From: Chlamydiota bacterium
GTDB lineage: Bacteria > Chlamydiota > Chlamydiia > Chlamydiales > JAAKFR01
Direction: 5' to 3'
Assembly (NCBI GenBank): GCA_013287335.1
Contig: JABDDZ010000002.1
Coordinates: 1 to 61,197, forward strand
DNA: 61,197 nucleotides
The notes below the pieces were generated by a model. It made no database searches, had not been told where the DNA came from, and was given only the letters and a program-made list of their open reading frames with translations. Positions within the stretch are counted from its first letter, which is position 1; each line of letters begins with the position of its first letter. Shown here piece by piece: positions 46,028 to 55,731 of this stretch. The position numbers were made by a program, and so were the translations under genes.

Positions 46028-47467
46028 ATGGGAAAGAAGCATCCAATTACAGTGGCCTATGGAGATGGGATTGGCCCTGAGATCATGAAGGCCACTCTGC
46101 ATATTCTTCAAGAAGCAGGGGCTGAACTTGAGATCGAGACGATTGAAATAGGGGAAAAGGCCTACCTTGCAGGGCACTTAACTGGGATTGAGGAGAAGAG
46201 CTGGGACTCGCTTCGTCGCACAAAAGTTTTTTTAAAAGCTCCAATCACGACTCCGCAGGGAGGGGGTTATGTGAGTTTAAATGTGACGATCAGAACATCT
46301 CTTGGCCTCTACGCAAATGTGCGTCCCTGTGTCTCTTACGCTCCTTTTATAAAGACCAACCATCCAAAAATGGATGTTGTTATCGTAAGAGAAAACGAGG
46401 AGGACCTTTATGTTGGGATTGAATACCGGCAAACACCCGATGTTGCAACAGCTACAAAGCTTAACTCCCGCGGAGGAAGTGAGAGGATAATCCGCTACGC
46501 CTTTGAATATGCTCAAACCTTCAATCGGAAAAAAGTGACCTGTTTTACCAAGGATAATATCTTAAAGCTGACAGATGGGCTTTTTCATCAGATCTTTGAT
46601 GAGATCAGTAAAGAGTATCCCGCAATAGAAAATGAGCACTGGATTGTAGATATTGGGTCGGCAAAACTTGCCAACTCCCCTGAGAATTTCGATCTGATTG
46701 TCATGCCCAACCTCTACGGCGATATTAATTCAGACATTGCGGGGCAGATTACAGGATCCATAGGGCTTATTGGTTCTGCTAATATTGGGGTGAATGGAGC
46801 GATGTTTGAGGCGATCCATGGCTCTGCACCTAAAAGAGCTGGCCAGGATATCGCCAACCCCTCTGCGCTGCTCCTCTCTGCAGTCTATATGCTGGTGCAT
46901 ATCCACCAGCCTGATGTTGCAAGCCGCATTCATAATGCATGGCTTAAAACCCTTGAAGAGGGGATCCATACCTATGATATCTATTCAGAGGGTGTGAGTC
47001 AGAGAAAAGTTGGGACAAAAGAATTTGCAGATGAGGTCATTAAAAGATTAGGCCAAGAGCCAAATGTTTTAAAGAGTGTAGATTATGCCTCTCAAAAGGG
47101 GTACAAAGAGGTCAAACACAAAGAGAGAACACATTTAACTTCCTCAATGCGAGAGCTTATGGGAGTTGATCTCTATGTTTATAGCCATGAAAAGATAGAA
47201 ACACTTGCCGCGAGATGCGAGCAGCTCAATACCCCCTCCTTAAGCCTCACGACGATTTTCAATAGGGGTGTGACTCTTTGGCCTAAAGGATTTCGGGAAA
47301 GCAACTGTGTGGATCAGTGGAGATGCAGATTTTTGAGGAATGGTTCTATCAACTTGCACTCTATTGCTGCATTGATGCATCGGTTTGCAGATGGAGGGCT
47401 AGAGGTGGTTAAAACTGAGAATCTGTACACCTACAACGGCAAACCCGGCTACTCCCAAGCAACATAA
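46028..47467 (+). CDS. icd: Isocitrate dehydrogenase (beta-decarboxylating dehydrogenase family, IDH3-like core with C-terminal extension)
   Basis: 479 aa with YGDGIGPEIM, SLNVTIRTSLGLYANVRPC, NLYGDINSDIAGQITGSIGL and EAIHGSAPKRAGQDIANP. Confidence 0.8.
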   Translation: MGKKHPITVAYGDGIGPEIMKATLHILQEAGAELEIETIEIGEKAYLAGHLTGIEEKSWDSLRRTKVFLKAPITTPQGGGYVSLNVTIRTSLGLYANVRPCVSYAPFIKTNHPKMDVVIVRENEEDLYVGIEYRQTPDVATATKLNSRGGSERIIRYAFEYAQTFNRKKVTCFTKDNILKLTDGLFHQIFDEISKEYPAIENEHWIVDIGSAKLANSPENFDLIVMPNLYGDINSDIAGQITGSIGLIGSANIGVNGAMFEAIHGSAPKRAGQDIANPSALLLSAVYMLVHIHQPDVASRIHNAWLKTLEEGIHTYDIYSEGVSQRKVGTKEFADEVIKRLGQEPNVLKSVDYASQKGYKEVKHKERTHLTSSMRELMGVDLYVYSHEKIETLAARCEQLNTPSLSLTTIFNRGVTLWPKGFRESNCVDQWRCRFLRNGSINLHSIAALMHRFADGGLEVVKTENLYTYNGKPGYSQAT

Positions 47468-47489
47468 TCAGAGTTTAAATAAGTACTAA

Positions 47490-47517
47490 TCGTGCCCGTG
47501 CCCGCGTGCGTGCCCGG
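47490..47517. repeat. Solo arm of the GGGCACG repeat family
   Basis: The sequence is TCGTGCCCGTGCCCGCGTGCGTGCCCGG. It lies between the convergent genes icd and pit. Confidence 0.65.
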
Positions 47518-47526
47518 TAATTTTTT

Positions 47527-48555
47527 TCAATCAAAGTATTGGGTTAGATAGAATATTAGGGCTCCCATGCAACCAGCGCCCGGTATGGTTAAGAGCCACG
47601 CCCAGACGATGCGGGTCGCAATCCCCCATTTTATCCCCGAAAAGGAGGTAGTCATCGTTCCAACCCCGATGATAGCCCCCGTAATTGTATGCGTTGTCGA
47701 GACAGGAATTCCAAAAAATGTCGCAAGAAAAAGCGTGACTGCGCCCGCTGTTTCGGCGCAAAATCCCCCCATCGGCCTAATCTTTGTAATTTTCATTCCC
47801 ACAGTTTTAACGATGCGCCACCCTCCAAAGAGGGTTCCAATACTCATCGCAAGTTGGCAGGAGAGGATAATCCATAGAGTAGAAGAGTGGCCAAGGGAGA
47901 GCTTTGTTTCTGGCGACAAAACCCCTCCGGCAATGAGGAGAGCTAAAATAATGCCCATTGTTTTTTGGGCATCATTGGCTCCATGACCAATAGAATAGAG
48001 AGCTGCTGAGACAAGCTGTCCCCTTTTGAAGTTTTTATCGATCACACTGGGACGAACCTTTCTAAATATCCAATAAAGAGACAGCATGAGAAGCAGGCCT
48101 ATGGCAAAGCCAATGAGAGGAGAGAGAAAAATAAACTCCACAATGAGTAAAATTTTATCGATTCGTAAGGCGGACAATCCAGCTTTTGCAATGCCAGCTC
48201 CCGCAAATCCTCCAATGATGGCATGCGAGGAGCTCGTGGGTAGGCCAAAACGCCAAGTGATAAAATCCCAAATAAGGGCTGCAATGAGTCCTGAAAGAAC
48301 CACCCAGACATAAACCGCATCTCCGGGTTCAATTCTGACGATCTGAGAGACTGTCTCTGCCACCACAGGACCAAAAACAAGAATGGCAACAAAATTAAAA
48401 AAGGCTGCCCATACAACAGCTGTCAGGGGACGAAGAACACGTGTAGAGACAATTGTGGCAATGGAATTTGCAGCATCATGAAAGCCATTCATGACATCAA
48501 ACCCCAGAGCAAAGACGACAGCAATAACAAGTAGTGTGAAAGTAGAGTTATTCAC
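47527..48555 (-). CDS. pitA: Inorganic phosphate transporter, PiT family
   Basis: 342 aa polytopic protein with duplicated PiT signatures (GFHDAANSIATIVSTR and GHGANDAQKTMGII). Confidence 0.88.
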   Translation of the reverse strand: MNNSTFTLLVIAVVFALGFDVMNGFHDAANSIATIVSTRVLRPLTAVVWAAFFNFVAILVFGPVVAETVSQIVRIEPGDAVYVWVVLSGLIAALIWDFITWRFGLPTSSSHAIIGGFAGAGIAKAGLSALRIDKILLIVEFIFLSPLIGFAIGLLLMLSLYWIFRKVRPSVIDKNFKRGQLVSAALYSIGHGANDAQKTMGIILALLIAGGVLSPETKLSLGHSSTLWIILSCQLAMSIGTLFGGWRIVKTVGMKITKIRPMGGFCAETAGAVTLFLATFFGIPVSTTHTITGAIIGVGTMTTSFSGIKWGIATRIVWAWLLTIPGAGCMGALIFYLTQYFD

Positions 48556-49180
48556 ATTCTAAAACAATACCCTCTAATATATTTGCTACATCTTCAGAGG
48601 CATCCGTAGCCTTCTCCAAATGCTCATAGATCTCTTTCCATTTAATGATCGTGAGAGTATCTTTTTCTTCATCAAATAAGTTTTTAAGTGCCTGAATGTA
48701 AATTGTATCTGCTTCATTTTCCAGATGATTGATCTTATATAAGTAGTTTTGCATGGCAGGGGTATTTTTCAACTTACGAAGTTCCTTAACAGCCCCTTCC
48801 AACTCCCGAGTGGATTGCCAGAGGATATTTGCCAAATCAACAGACTCCTTTTGCAAAGAGTTGAGTCTATATAAAATGATAAGTTGGCCGACATCTTTAA
48901 TCTCATCCAGCACATCATCCATTGTCGAGATCAGGTAATGGATATCTCCCCTCTCAAAGGGGGTGATGAAGGTTTTATGGAGAGTATCCATGCATTGATG
49001 AACAATGATGTCTCCCTCCTGTTCACAATTTTTAATATGCTGGAATGTTGCAAGGGGGTCGCAAGAGCTTGTTGCAAATCCGAGTAACCCTTCCGCACCC
49101 TGCACAGTCATTGCAGCATGCCTTTCAAAGAAATCAAAGAATTCATCATTCCTGGGAAGAAGCCTTCTAAACATAAACAC
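48548..49180 (-). CDS. DUF47/PhoU-like phosphate transport regulator
   Basis: 210 aa helical protein that overlaps the pit start by 8 nt. This is the usual DUF47-PiT gene pair. Confidence 0.75.
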   Translation of the reverse strand: MFMFRRLLPRNDEFFDFFERHAAMTVQGAEGLLGFATSSCDPLATFQHIKNCEQEGDIIVHQCMDTLHKTFITPFERGDIHYLISTMDDVLDEIKDVGQLIILYRLNSLQKESVDLANILWQSTRELEGAVKELRKLKNTPAMQNYLYKINHLENEADTIYIQALKNLFDEEKDTLTIIKWKEIYEHLEKATDASEDVANILEGIVLECE

Positions 49181-49230
49181 TACATTTGAGTAAAACTCAT
49201 ATGTAATTAAGTCACCGATTAGATGCGAGT

Positions 49231-49259
49231 AAAATCCTAAAACCCCAGTCTGTGGTGAA
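49231..49259. repeat. Copy of the AAAATCCTAAA...AGTCTGTGG repeat
   Basis: AAAATCCTAAAACCCCAGTCTGTGGTGAA compares with AAAATCCTAAAGTCGAGTCTGTGGGC at 16247-16272 and with the reverse complement of 36424-36452. Confidence 0.6.
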
Positions 49260-49263
49260 CTTT

Positions 49264-50148
49264 TTATAAGGAGAGCAGTTTCTCTTCGAAGTAGAGGCTG
49301 AGAGCGGGGTAAAAAAGAGAGATCGATTCTCTTAACTCTTTGGTGATTTTATCGATTTCACTTTTTGAATTTTCCCTGCATCTAATCTCAGGACATTTTG
49401 CAAAACGTCCAAGATCAAGATGGATAGCCCTATCATCCAGAAAACCTGTGTTATTGATAATAGCCGGGTCAAAATCAATAATCCCCTTTTCGTGCCTTTG
49501 CACTAAAAGCGCAAGCAGCTCATCAATCCGTTTTTTTGCTCCCTCAAAGTTCCCCTCCTCCTTGAGTATCTGAAGAGTCGGCAGAATAAGGTCAGCTCTT
49601 CTCTGGATGATAAACTCATATTTATCTATATCAAGTGCATAATGATGCAGTAATTTATCAATAATCCGGACCTTCTTTTGGAGATTGCTTGTCTTATTAA
49701 GATGGATATAAATAAGACCCGTCTCCTCTTGTAACTCCTCAAAAGCTAGCTCACAGCTTGCAAAGAGCTCCTTCCGTCTTTTACCAATCTTGCTCGATTG
49801 CCGAGTATAGTAGGATTTAAGAAAGGGCAGAAAAGAGAGGGTTTTAAGCCAGTGAGGGGTCTCTAATCGCTGGCATTTAAAAAACTTAAGCACATATTTT
49901 CCATCTTCGCTACAAAAAACATAATACTGCTTTCCCCTGGCCAGATAGGTAAACTCCTTATCGAGTATTGCGTCTAATTCCGAGGAGAGAGGAGTATTAG
50001 CGAAATGCGAGGCATGACGCAATGCAATATTAGAGATTTTAAAGAGATCTGCTCGTTTATGTTGAGAGGATGCAATGCTCTTGTAGGCAAAGCCGGCAAT
50101 TGTCAAAAGAAGAAGTAGAGCTAGTGCTCCGCGAGCAAATTTTTTCAT
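49264..50148 (-). CDS. Signal-anchored protein with a protein-kinase-like motif arrangement (paralogue of 42660-43562)
   Basis: 294 aa with the anchor ALALLLLLTIAGFAY. The motifs are ARGKQYYVF, YVLKFFK, GIIDFDPAIINNTGF and HLDLGRF. Its start overlaps the E2 stop as ATGA. Confidence 0.55.
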   Translation of the reverse strand: MKKFARGALALLLLLTIAGFAYKSIASSQHKRADLFKISNIALRHASHFANTPLSSELDAILDKEFTYLARGKQYYVFCSEDGKYVLKFFKCQRLETPHWLKTLSFLPFLKSYYTRQSSKIGKRRKELFASCELAFEELQEETGLIYIHLNKTSNLQKKVRIIDKLLHHYALDIDKYEFIIQRRADLILPTLQILKEEGNFEGAKKRIDELLALLVQRHEKGIIDFDPAIINNTGFLDDRAIHLDLGRFAKCPEIRCRENSKSEIDKITKELRESISLFYPALSLYFEEKLLSL

Positions 50149-51356
50149 CCTTCAAAGGGAAAAGATTCGAGATGATCCTTAAAGCTCTTTAAAAAATCGC
50201 ATCCATAAATCCCATCAATTACACGATGGTCAAATGTTAAAGTGAGATAGATCATCTTGCGGATAGCAAGAGAGTCATCCTCTCTAACAACCACTCTTTT
50301 CTGGATTGTTCCAACCCCAATAATTGCAACTTCGGGGTGACGGATAATAGGAATGCCAATGATTGCTCCTGTCATGCCAAAATTGCTGAGTGTAATGGTT
50401 CCATCAGCGATTTCATCTAAAGCAAGCTTTCCATCGCGCGCTTTTTGCGCAATCTCTCCAGCAGCTTTAGCGATGCTCACAAGAGTTCTCTCATGGCACT
50501 GTTTGATGACAGGCACGATGAGCCCTCCCGGAACATTCACAGCCATGCCCACATTCACATAACGCTTCATCACAATGGTCTCATTATCCAAAAAGGCGTT
50601 GATCATCGGATAATTTTGCACAGTCCTGGAGAGTGCATAAATTAGAAAGCTCGTGATAGTGAGTTTGGCTCCATGGGTTTGAAAAAAGCGCTCTTTTTCC
50701 CGTGCGATTAAAGAGAGAATATCTGTTACATCGGCCTCCTGGACAAGCGAGGCATGGGGAGCTTCGTAAAAGGAGCGGATCATATTCTCTGCAATAGCCT
50801 TCCGCATCCCGGAGAGGGCAATCCTCTCTTCAAGGGGAGCCGCAGCAGCTACTGGCTGAGAGTGGGAGATGGGAGAAGGGCTCGTACGACTTTTAACAAA
50901 CTCCTCCAGATCCTTTTTAGAGACTCTTCCCTCTGCCCCCGTTCCTTCTATCTGGCGTAAAACCTCAATCGAAATCCCCTCCTGCTGGGCAAGCCGTAGA
51001 ACCGCGGGAGAGAAGAGACCTTGATGAATCCCAGCTCTGCAAGGAGAGGAGTGAGCGACGCAAGATTGAGAGGGTGCATCTACTTTTAAATGAGGAGTGT
51101 GACTAGTGGTTGCTGTTAATTCTATTTTTGCAAGCACTCCTCCTACCTCGACAGGATCATTTTCACTCACGATGATCTCGGTAAGAACCCCAGCTACCGG
51201 AGAGGGAATTTCAGAGTTGACTTTGTCTGTCGCCACTTCTAAAAGAGGTTCATCAAGCGCTACCCTATCCCCCACTTTTTTAAGCCAGTTGACAACCGTT
51301 GCACTCACGATGCTCTCTCCTAGCTTGGGTAATGTAATATCAAATATTTCAGGCAT
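50145..51356 (-). CDS. 2-oxoacid dehydrogenase E2 component (dihydrolipoamide acyltransferase)
   Basis: 403 aa with the lipoyl-lysine context LEVATDKVNSEIPSP, a subunit-binding domain (SPAVLRLAQQEGI) and the catalytic block LTLTFDHRVIDG. Confidence 0.9.
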   Translation of the reverse strand: MPEIFDITLPKLGESIVSATVVNWLKKVGDRVALDEPLLEVATDKVNSEIPSPVAGVLTEIIVSENDPVEVGGVLAKIELTATTSHTPHLKVDAPSQSCVAHSSPCRAGIHQGLFSPAVLRLAQQEGISIEVLRQIEGTGAEGRVSKKDLEEFVKSRTSPSPISHSQPVAAAAPLEERIALSGMRKAIAENMIRSFYEAPHASLVQEADVTDILSLIAREKERFFQTHGAKLTITSFLIYALSRTVQNYPMINAFLDNETIVMKRYVNVGMAVNVPGGLIVPVIKQCHERTLVSIAKAAGEIAQKARDGKLALDEIADGTITLSNFGMTGAIIGIPIIRHPEVAIIGVGTIQKRVVVREDDSLAIRKMIYLTLTFDHRVIDGIYGCDFLKSFKDHLESFPFEG

Positions 51357-51364
51357 TAAATAAC

Positions 51365-52621
51365 CTATAGTAGGGGCATTTTTTCGGCGCCCTGTTCAAA
51401 ATTTATTATTTCTCTATTATTATAGATTTCAAGATCCAGCTCTCCCTCGCTCTTAGCAACATAGACAGAGACAACGGCATCACCGAGAACATTCACAATC
51501 GTTCCTATTATATCACGGATCCTATCAATACCGGCAATAAAAGCAATTCCTTCAATTGGAAGGCCCACGGCCCCTAAAACAATCGAAAGTGTGACAAGGG
51601 CGCCGCCTGGAATGCCGGCTGTTCCAACAGCTGAGAGGGTAGCTGTCACAACAATCACTATCAGACTCTCCCATCCAAGATTTATTCCATATGCCTGTGA
51701 GATAAAAACGGCTGCAATTGCTTGAAAAATAGCCGTCCCGTTCATATTCACAGTAGAGCCAAGAGGAAGAACAAAACTGGCAATATTCTTGGGTACCCCT
51801 AAATTATGCTGAGCGCAGTGCAAAGAAGCAGGAAGTGTTGCAGAGCTACTTGTTGTGGAGGCTGCGAGGGCAATGGCATCGCCCATCCCTCGAAAAAAAG
51901 CGGAGGGGCGCAGCTTGGCCATCACAACCAGTATAAACCCAAAGACAAGAATGGCATGGACGCTGCAAGCCAGATAGTGGGTAAAAATGAGTTTAAGGAG
52001 AGGGTAGAGAACCTTAATTCCAAATGTCCCGGCAGTCCATGCCATGATCGCAAAAATCCCATAGGGAGCAAGTTTCATCACCATGCTTGTGATTTTAAAC
52101 ATCACCTCTGATAAAGACTCCATCACTCGAAGAAGAGGCTTCCCCTTTTCTCCAGCAAAGGTGATCCCCAGGCCAAAGAAAATGGCAAAAACAATGATCT
52201 GCAAGATATTTCCACTTGCAAGAGAGGCTATAGGATTGTGCGGAACAATGGAGACAAAGAGGTTTAAAAGCTCTGGAGTCTCGTCGATAGATAAATTTGT
52301 CGCTTCAAAGCTTAGGCCAATTCCCACTCCCGGATTGATGAGCTTTGCAAAGAGAAGACCAATTGTAAGGGCAATAATCGTTGTTGCCAGATACATGAGA
52401 AGAGTTTTTAGGCCAACCCTCCCCAGTTTTTTTGGATCATTGATCGAAGTGACCCCTACTGTCATTGCAGAAAAGACGAGAAGGACAACAAGCATATGGA
52501 GGAGGCTTAGAAAAACCGTCCCTATCGGTTTTAGATAATGTGCATATTCGCCAAGAAGCAGGCCTACAATAACTCCAAGAAAGAGTCCCAAGAGCATTTT
52601 CATCCATAGCTTCATCTGCAC
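51365..52621 (-). CDS. gltT: Dicarboxylate/amino acid:cation symporter (DAACS family)
   Basis: 418 aa polytopic protein with TSSSATLP and the GxxVNMNGTA block typical of GltP/GltT transporters. Confidence 0.85.
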   Translation of the reverse strand: MQMKLWMKMLLGLFLGVIVGLLLGEYAHYLKPIGTVFLSLLHMLVVLLVFSAMTVGVTSINDPKKLGRVGLKTLLMYLATTIIALTIGLLFAKLINPGVGIGLSFEATNLSIDETPELLNLFVSIVPHNPIASLASGNILQIIVFAIFFGLGITFAGEKGKPLLRVMESLSEVMFKITSMVMKLAPYGIFAIMAWTAGTFGIKVLYPLLKLIFTHYLACSVHAILVFGFILVVMAKLRPSAFFRGMGDAIALAASTTSSSATLPASLHCAQHNLGVPKNIASFVLPLGSTVNMNGTAIFQAIAAVFISQAYGINLGWESLIVIVVTATLSAVGTAGIPGGALVTLSIVLGAVGLPIEGIAFIAGIDRIRDIIGTIVNVLGDAVVSVYVAKSEGELDLEIYNNREIINFEQGAEKMPLL

Positions 52622-53685
52622 CCTCTTGCTTTTATCTTTTTAATCAATTCATTCCATGCGGATGTGTTTGTCTTGATCCGAGTCTCCATTTTCACTGAAG
52701 CAATTGGGAGCGGATATTTGGAAGGAGTGAGCTTCACCCTGTCTTTTTCGGTGCAAAGAAGAAGTTGGGCCCCTTTTTCCTTCGCTTTTTGGATAAAATG
52801 GGAGAGCATGCAGGGAGAGGGAGTCTCATGGTCAGCAAGAAAGAGGGTGAGAAGAACTTCGGCTCCAAGCTCTTTGACACTCTTCTCAAATCTTCCGGGA
52901 TGTGCAATGCCGCAAAAAATGGCGACTTTTTTTCCGAAAATATCCACTTTTTCTCCACTTTCGATAGAGACCACCTCTTTTAGGGAGCTCTCCATTTCAA
53001 TCTGAGGGGCGGAAAATGGTTTCATCTCTCCAAATGGAGTAAAGCTCACAATCGCATCCGCTCTTTTTACCTCTTTTTTATTATCGCGCAGCACACCGGC
53101 AGGGAGAAATTGAGGAGTTTTTTTCCAAAATGCTGGAGTGATAGCCACTATCTCAAAATCTCGATAAAGTCTTCTATGCTGCATCCCATCATCTAAAATA
53201 ATTAGATTGGCCCCCTTTTCAATGGCAAGTTGAGCCCCTTTCATCCGATCCTTGGAGATGACGACAATGGCCTCTTGCAGCCTCTCGGCTAGGAGAGCCG
53301 CTTCATCCCCAAAGGATGCTGCCATCCCCTCTCCTCTAGCAACTATTAGGGCCCCCTCTTTGCTATGCTCATAAGCTCCGCGGTAACCCCTTAAAACAAT
53401 CCCTACCCGAAAGCTTTGGCTTAGGGCCTCAGCTAGAAAGATAACAAGGGGAGTCTTTCCGGTTCCACCTACTTCTACATTGCCCACACTCACAACCGGA
53501 ATAGAGAGACGGTTTTGTCTAAAGAACCCCCACACATACAGAGTGTTCCGTAAATTCACTCCCATTCCATAGAGCCAACTGATTGGCAGGAGAGCGAAGC
53601 TTAAGGCAGCTGCGCCTCTTTTGTCCAAAGAAGAGACCGCCAACCAATGGTAAGCGCGATGTAATGCGGTCCGGATGCTGCCCAT
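52612..53685 (-). CDS. lpxK: Tetraacyldisaccharide 4'-kinase
   Basis: The P-loop is VGNVEVGGTGKTP. The ORF track starts it at 53766, overlapping gmhA. The ATG at 53685 (MGSIRTAL) removes that overlap. Confidence 0.85.
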   Translation of the reverse strand: MGSIRTALHRAYHWLAVSSLDKRGAAALSFALLPISWLYGMGVNLRNTLYVWGFFRQNRLSIPVVSVGNVEVGGTGKTPLVIFLAEALSQSFRVGIVLRGYRGAYEHSKEGALIVARGEGMAASFGDEAALLAERLQEAIVVISKDRMKGAQLAIEKGANLIILDDGMQHRRLYRDFEIVAITPAFWKKTPQFLPAGVLRDNKKEVKRADAIVSFTPFGEMKPFSAPQIEMESSLKEVVSIESGEKVDIFGKKVAIFCGIAHPGRFEKSVKELGAEVLLTLFLADHETPSPCMLSHFIQKAKEKGAQLLLCTEKDRVKLTPSKYPLPIASVKMETRIKTNTSAWNELIKKIKARGCR

Positions 53686-53689
53686 AAAT

Positions 53690-54328
53690 CTAGCGGAGTG
53701 CAGCTGCAGCGGCATTTTCAAAAGAGGGTATTTGCTCATCACTGTAAAAAAGGTACTCTTCGACAATTTCGATGATAATATGTATGGCTGTCATGTGAAC
53801 CTCCTGGATTCTATCAGATGTCGCAAATCCGTCAATAATCCACTCCAGGTCAGCGACTCCTTTTAGCCTTCCGCCTCCCCTACCTAAAAAGGCAATCGTA
53901 TTTAATCCACCTGCTTTTGCTGCTTGAAATGCCAGATCCAAATTTTCAGACCTTCCGCTTGTCGTCAAACCGATAAAGCAGTCCCCTTCTACTCCAAATG
54001 CTTCAATTGCGCGGGAAAAGACATATTTAAACCCTAAATCATTGCCTACACAGGTTAGATGTCCCGGATCATTGATCGCAATTGCGGGTAGGGCTCTCCG
54101 GGGTTTGCGAAAAATCCCCGTCATCTCTTCGGCAAAATGGGCTGCATCGCATAGGCTCCCTCCATTTCCTGCAATCAATACCTTCTTGCCTTGTGCATAG
54201 CAAGAGGCTATCATCTGGGCGGCCTGCAGAATAAAGTGGACGGATGCCGGTTTTTGAAGCTGCGTTGTAGCTGAAACAGCTTGAGAGATAGAGAACAAAA
54301 TCTTTTCTTTCACGTGCTTATAAACCAA
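53690..54328 (-). CDS. gmhA: Phosphoheptose (sedoheptulose-7-phosphate) isomerase, SIS domain
   Basis: 212 aa with IAGNGGSLCDAAHFAEE and TTSGRSEN. The start is a TTG; an alternative GTG lies 5 codons downstream. Confidence 0.8.
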   Translation of the reverse strand: MVYKHVKEKILFSISQAVSATTQLQKPASVHFILQAAQMIASCYAQGKKVLIAGNGGSLCDAAHFAEEMTGIFRKPRRALPAIAINDPGHLTCVGNDLGFKYVFSRAIEAFGVEGDCFIGLTTSGRSENLDLAFQAAKAGGLNTIAFLGRGGGRLKGVADLEWIIDGFATSDRIQEVHMTAIHIIIEIVEEYLFYSDEQIPSFENAAAAALR

Positions 54329-54411
54329 AATTTTAAATTATAAAATATAAAGAAATAGTATACATAAACATTCCAATTCTCGCAAGATAAGGTATATCAA
54401 GGAGAAATTAT

Positions 54412-54993
54412 ATGCCATTTACACTACCTCTTAGCAGTAAAGCTATCGACTTTTCTCTGCCAGCAACAGATAAAAAAAATTATACTTTAGGAAGCTTTAA
54501 AGAGGCTAAAGCCCTCGTTATTTTTTTTACCTGCAACCACTGCCCCTATGTGGTCTCTTCCGATGAGATTACCCGCACGACAGCTGAAAAGCATCGAAAA
54601 AATGGTGTTGTCTTTGTTGGGATTAACTCAAATAGTAAAAATACTTATGAGGATGATTCCTTCGAACATATGATCGAAAGGATGGAGCTGCATCAATTTC
54701 CTTGGGTCTATCTCTATGATGAATCGCAAGAGGTTGCAAAAAAGTATGGAGCTCTGCGTACTCCCCATTTCTTTCTTTTTGACAGGGAGCGTAAATTGAT
54801 CTACTGCGGACGGGGCATCGACTCTCCTCGCGATCCCAGCAAGATGACAATCAATGATCTGGATCGAGCCATCGAAGAATATCTACAAGGAAAGCCGATC
54901 TCAACTCCCCTCACAAATCCTATTGGCTGCAATGTGAAGTGGGAGGGAAAAGATCCTCACTGGATGCCAGAAGAGGCCTGCGACCTCAAGTAA
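54412..54993 (+). CDS. Thioredoxin-fold protein (AhpC/TSA-redoxin family)
   Basis: 193 aa with a CxxC-type site [10 protein letters not shown] and a typical redoxin layout ([10 protein letters not shown]). Confidence 0.75.
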   Translation: MPFTLPLSSKAIDFSLPATDKKNYTLGSFKEAKALVIFFTCNHCPYVVSSDEITRTTAEKHRKNGVVFVGINSNSKNTYEDDSFEHMIERMELHQFPWVYLYDESQEVAKKYGALRTPHFFLFDRERKLIYCGRGIDSPRDPSKMTINDLDRAIEEYLQGKPISTPLTNPIGCNVKWEGKDPHWMPEEACDLK

Positions 54994-55010
54994 ATCAAGA
55001 TTTAAATAAA

Positions 55011-55061
55011 AAATCCAGTCGTGCCCGTGCCCGTGCCCACACGGGCACGGGCACGATTGGA
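55011..55061. terminator. Long perfect hairpin built from GGGCACG heptads, possibly a bidirectional terminator
   Basis: The sequence is AATCCAGTCGTGCCCGTGCCCGTGCCC-ACA-CGGGCACGGGCACGATTGGATT. It lies between the convergent genes ending at 54993 and 55066 and has A/T-rich flanks (AAAAAATCCA / TGGATTTTT). Confidence 0.6.
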
Positions 55062-55065
55062 TTTT

Positions 55066-55731
55066 TCAGTTTAGAAGAGTAAAAGGCCAGAAAGGGGGAG
55101 GAGCTGCTTCAAAGGAGAGCTTTGTCAAAGAGGTGGGGTGAAAAAATGAGAAGTGAGTGTGATGGAGAGCAATGTTTCCAAGATCAAGAGAGCGAAAGCT
55201 CCCATACTTTTGATCGCCTACGATGGGGTGCCCAATAGCGCTAAGCTGAGCACGGATCTGATGGTAGCGGCCGGTTTTAAGTCTAATTTCTAAAAGTGAG
55301 AAGCCATCATTTGATTTTAGAAGGCGGTAATGCAAAATTGCTCTTTTAGATCCTTGCACCTCCTCCAAAGAAACCAGCGCTTTATGCGCTCCATGCAGAT
55401 GCCAATGCTCTAGAATACCGGCAGGCTCTTTTAAAGTTCCTTCAACAACCGCAAGATAGACCTTCTCCATCTTCTGCTCGCGAAAAGCAGCATTGAGCCT
55501 AGCGAGGGCTTTACTTGTTCTGGCAAAGAGGACAATCCCCGATGTAGGGCGATCGAGTCTATGCACTGCATGCAGAAAGACATCTCCCGGCTTGCCATAC
55601 TTCTCTTTGACCCACTCCTTTGCAAGAGTCTCTAATGAGGCTTCTCCACTTTTGTCGGCTTGAGTCAAAAGGCCGCTCTCCTTATTTGCGATAAGGAGAT
55701 GGTTGTCGCAAAAGAGAATAGAATCGCTCAT
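55066..55731 (-). CDS. RluA-family pseudouridine synthase
   Basis: 221 aa with the catalytic Asp motif HRLDRPTSGIVLFA and GRYHQIRAQL. Confidence 0.88.
   Translation of the reverse strand: MSDSILFCDNHLLIANKESGLLTQADKSGEASLETLAKEWVKEKYGKPGDVFLHAVHRLDRPTSGIVLFARTSKALARLNAAFREQKMEKVYLAVVEGTLKEPAGILEHWHLHGAHKALVSLEEVQGSKRAILHYRLLKSNDGFSLLEIRLKTGRYHQIRAQLSAIGHPIVGDQKYGSFRSLDLGNIALHHTHFSFFHPTSLTKLSFEAAPPPFWPFTLLN

Noticed and set aside
47567..47986. 139 aa ORF antisense to the Pit transporter, plus similar antisense ORFs in lon, the E1 gene, gltT and lpxK.
   Set aside because: All lie within strongly supported genes on the other strand and have low-complexity or biased composition with no motifs.
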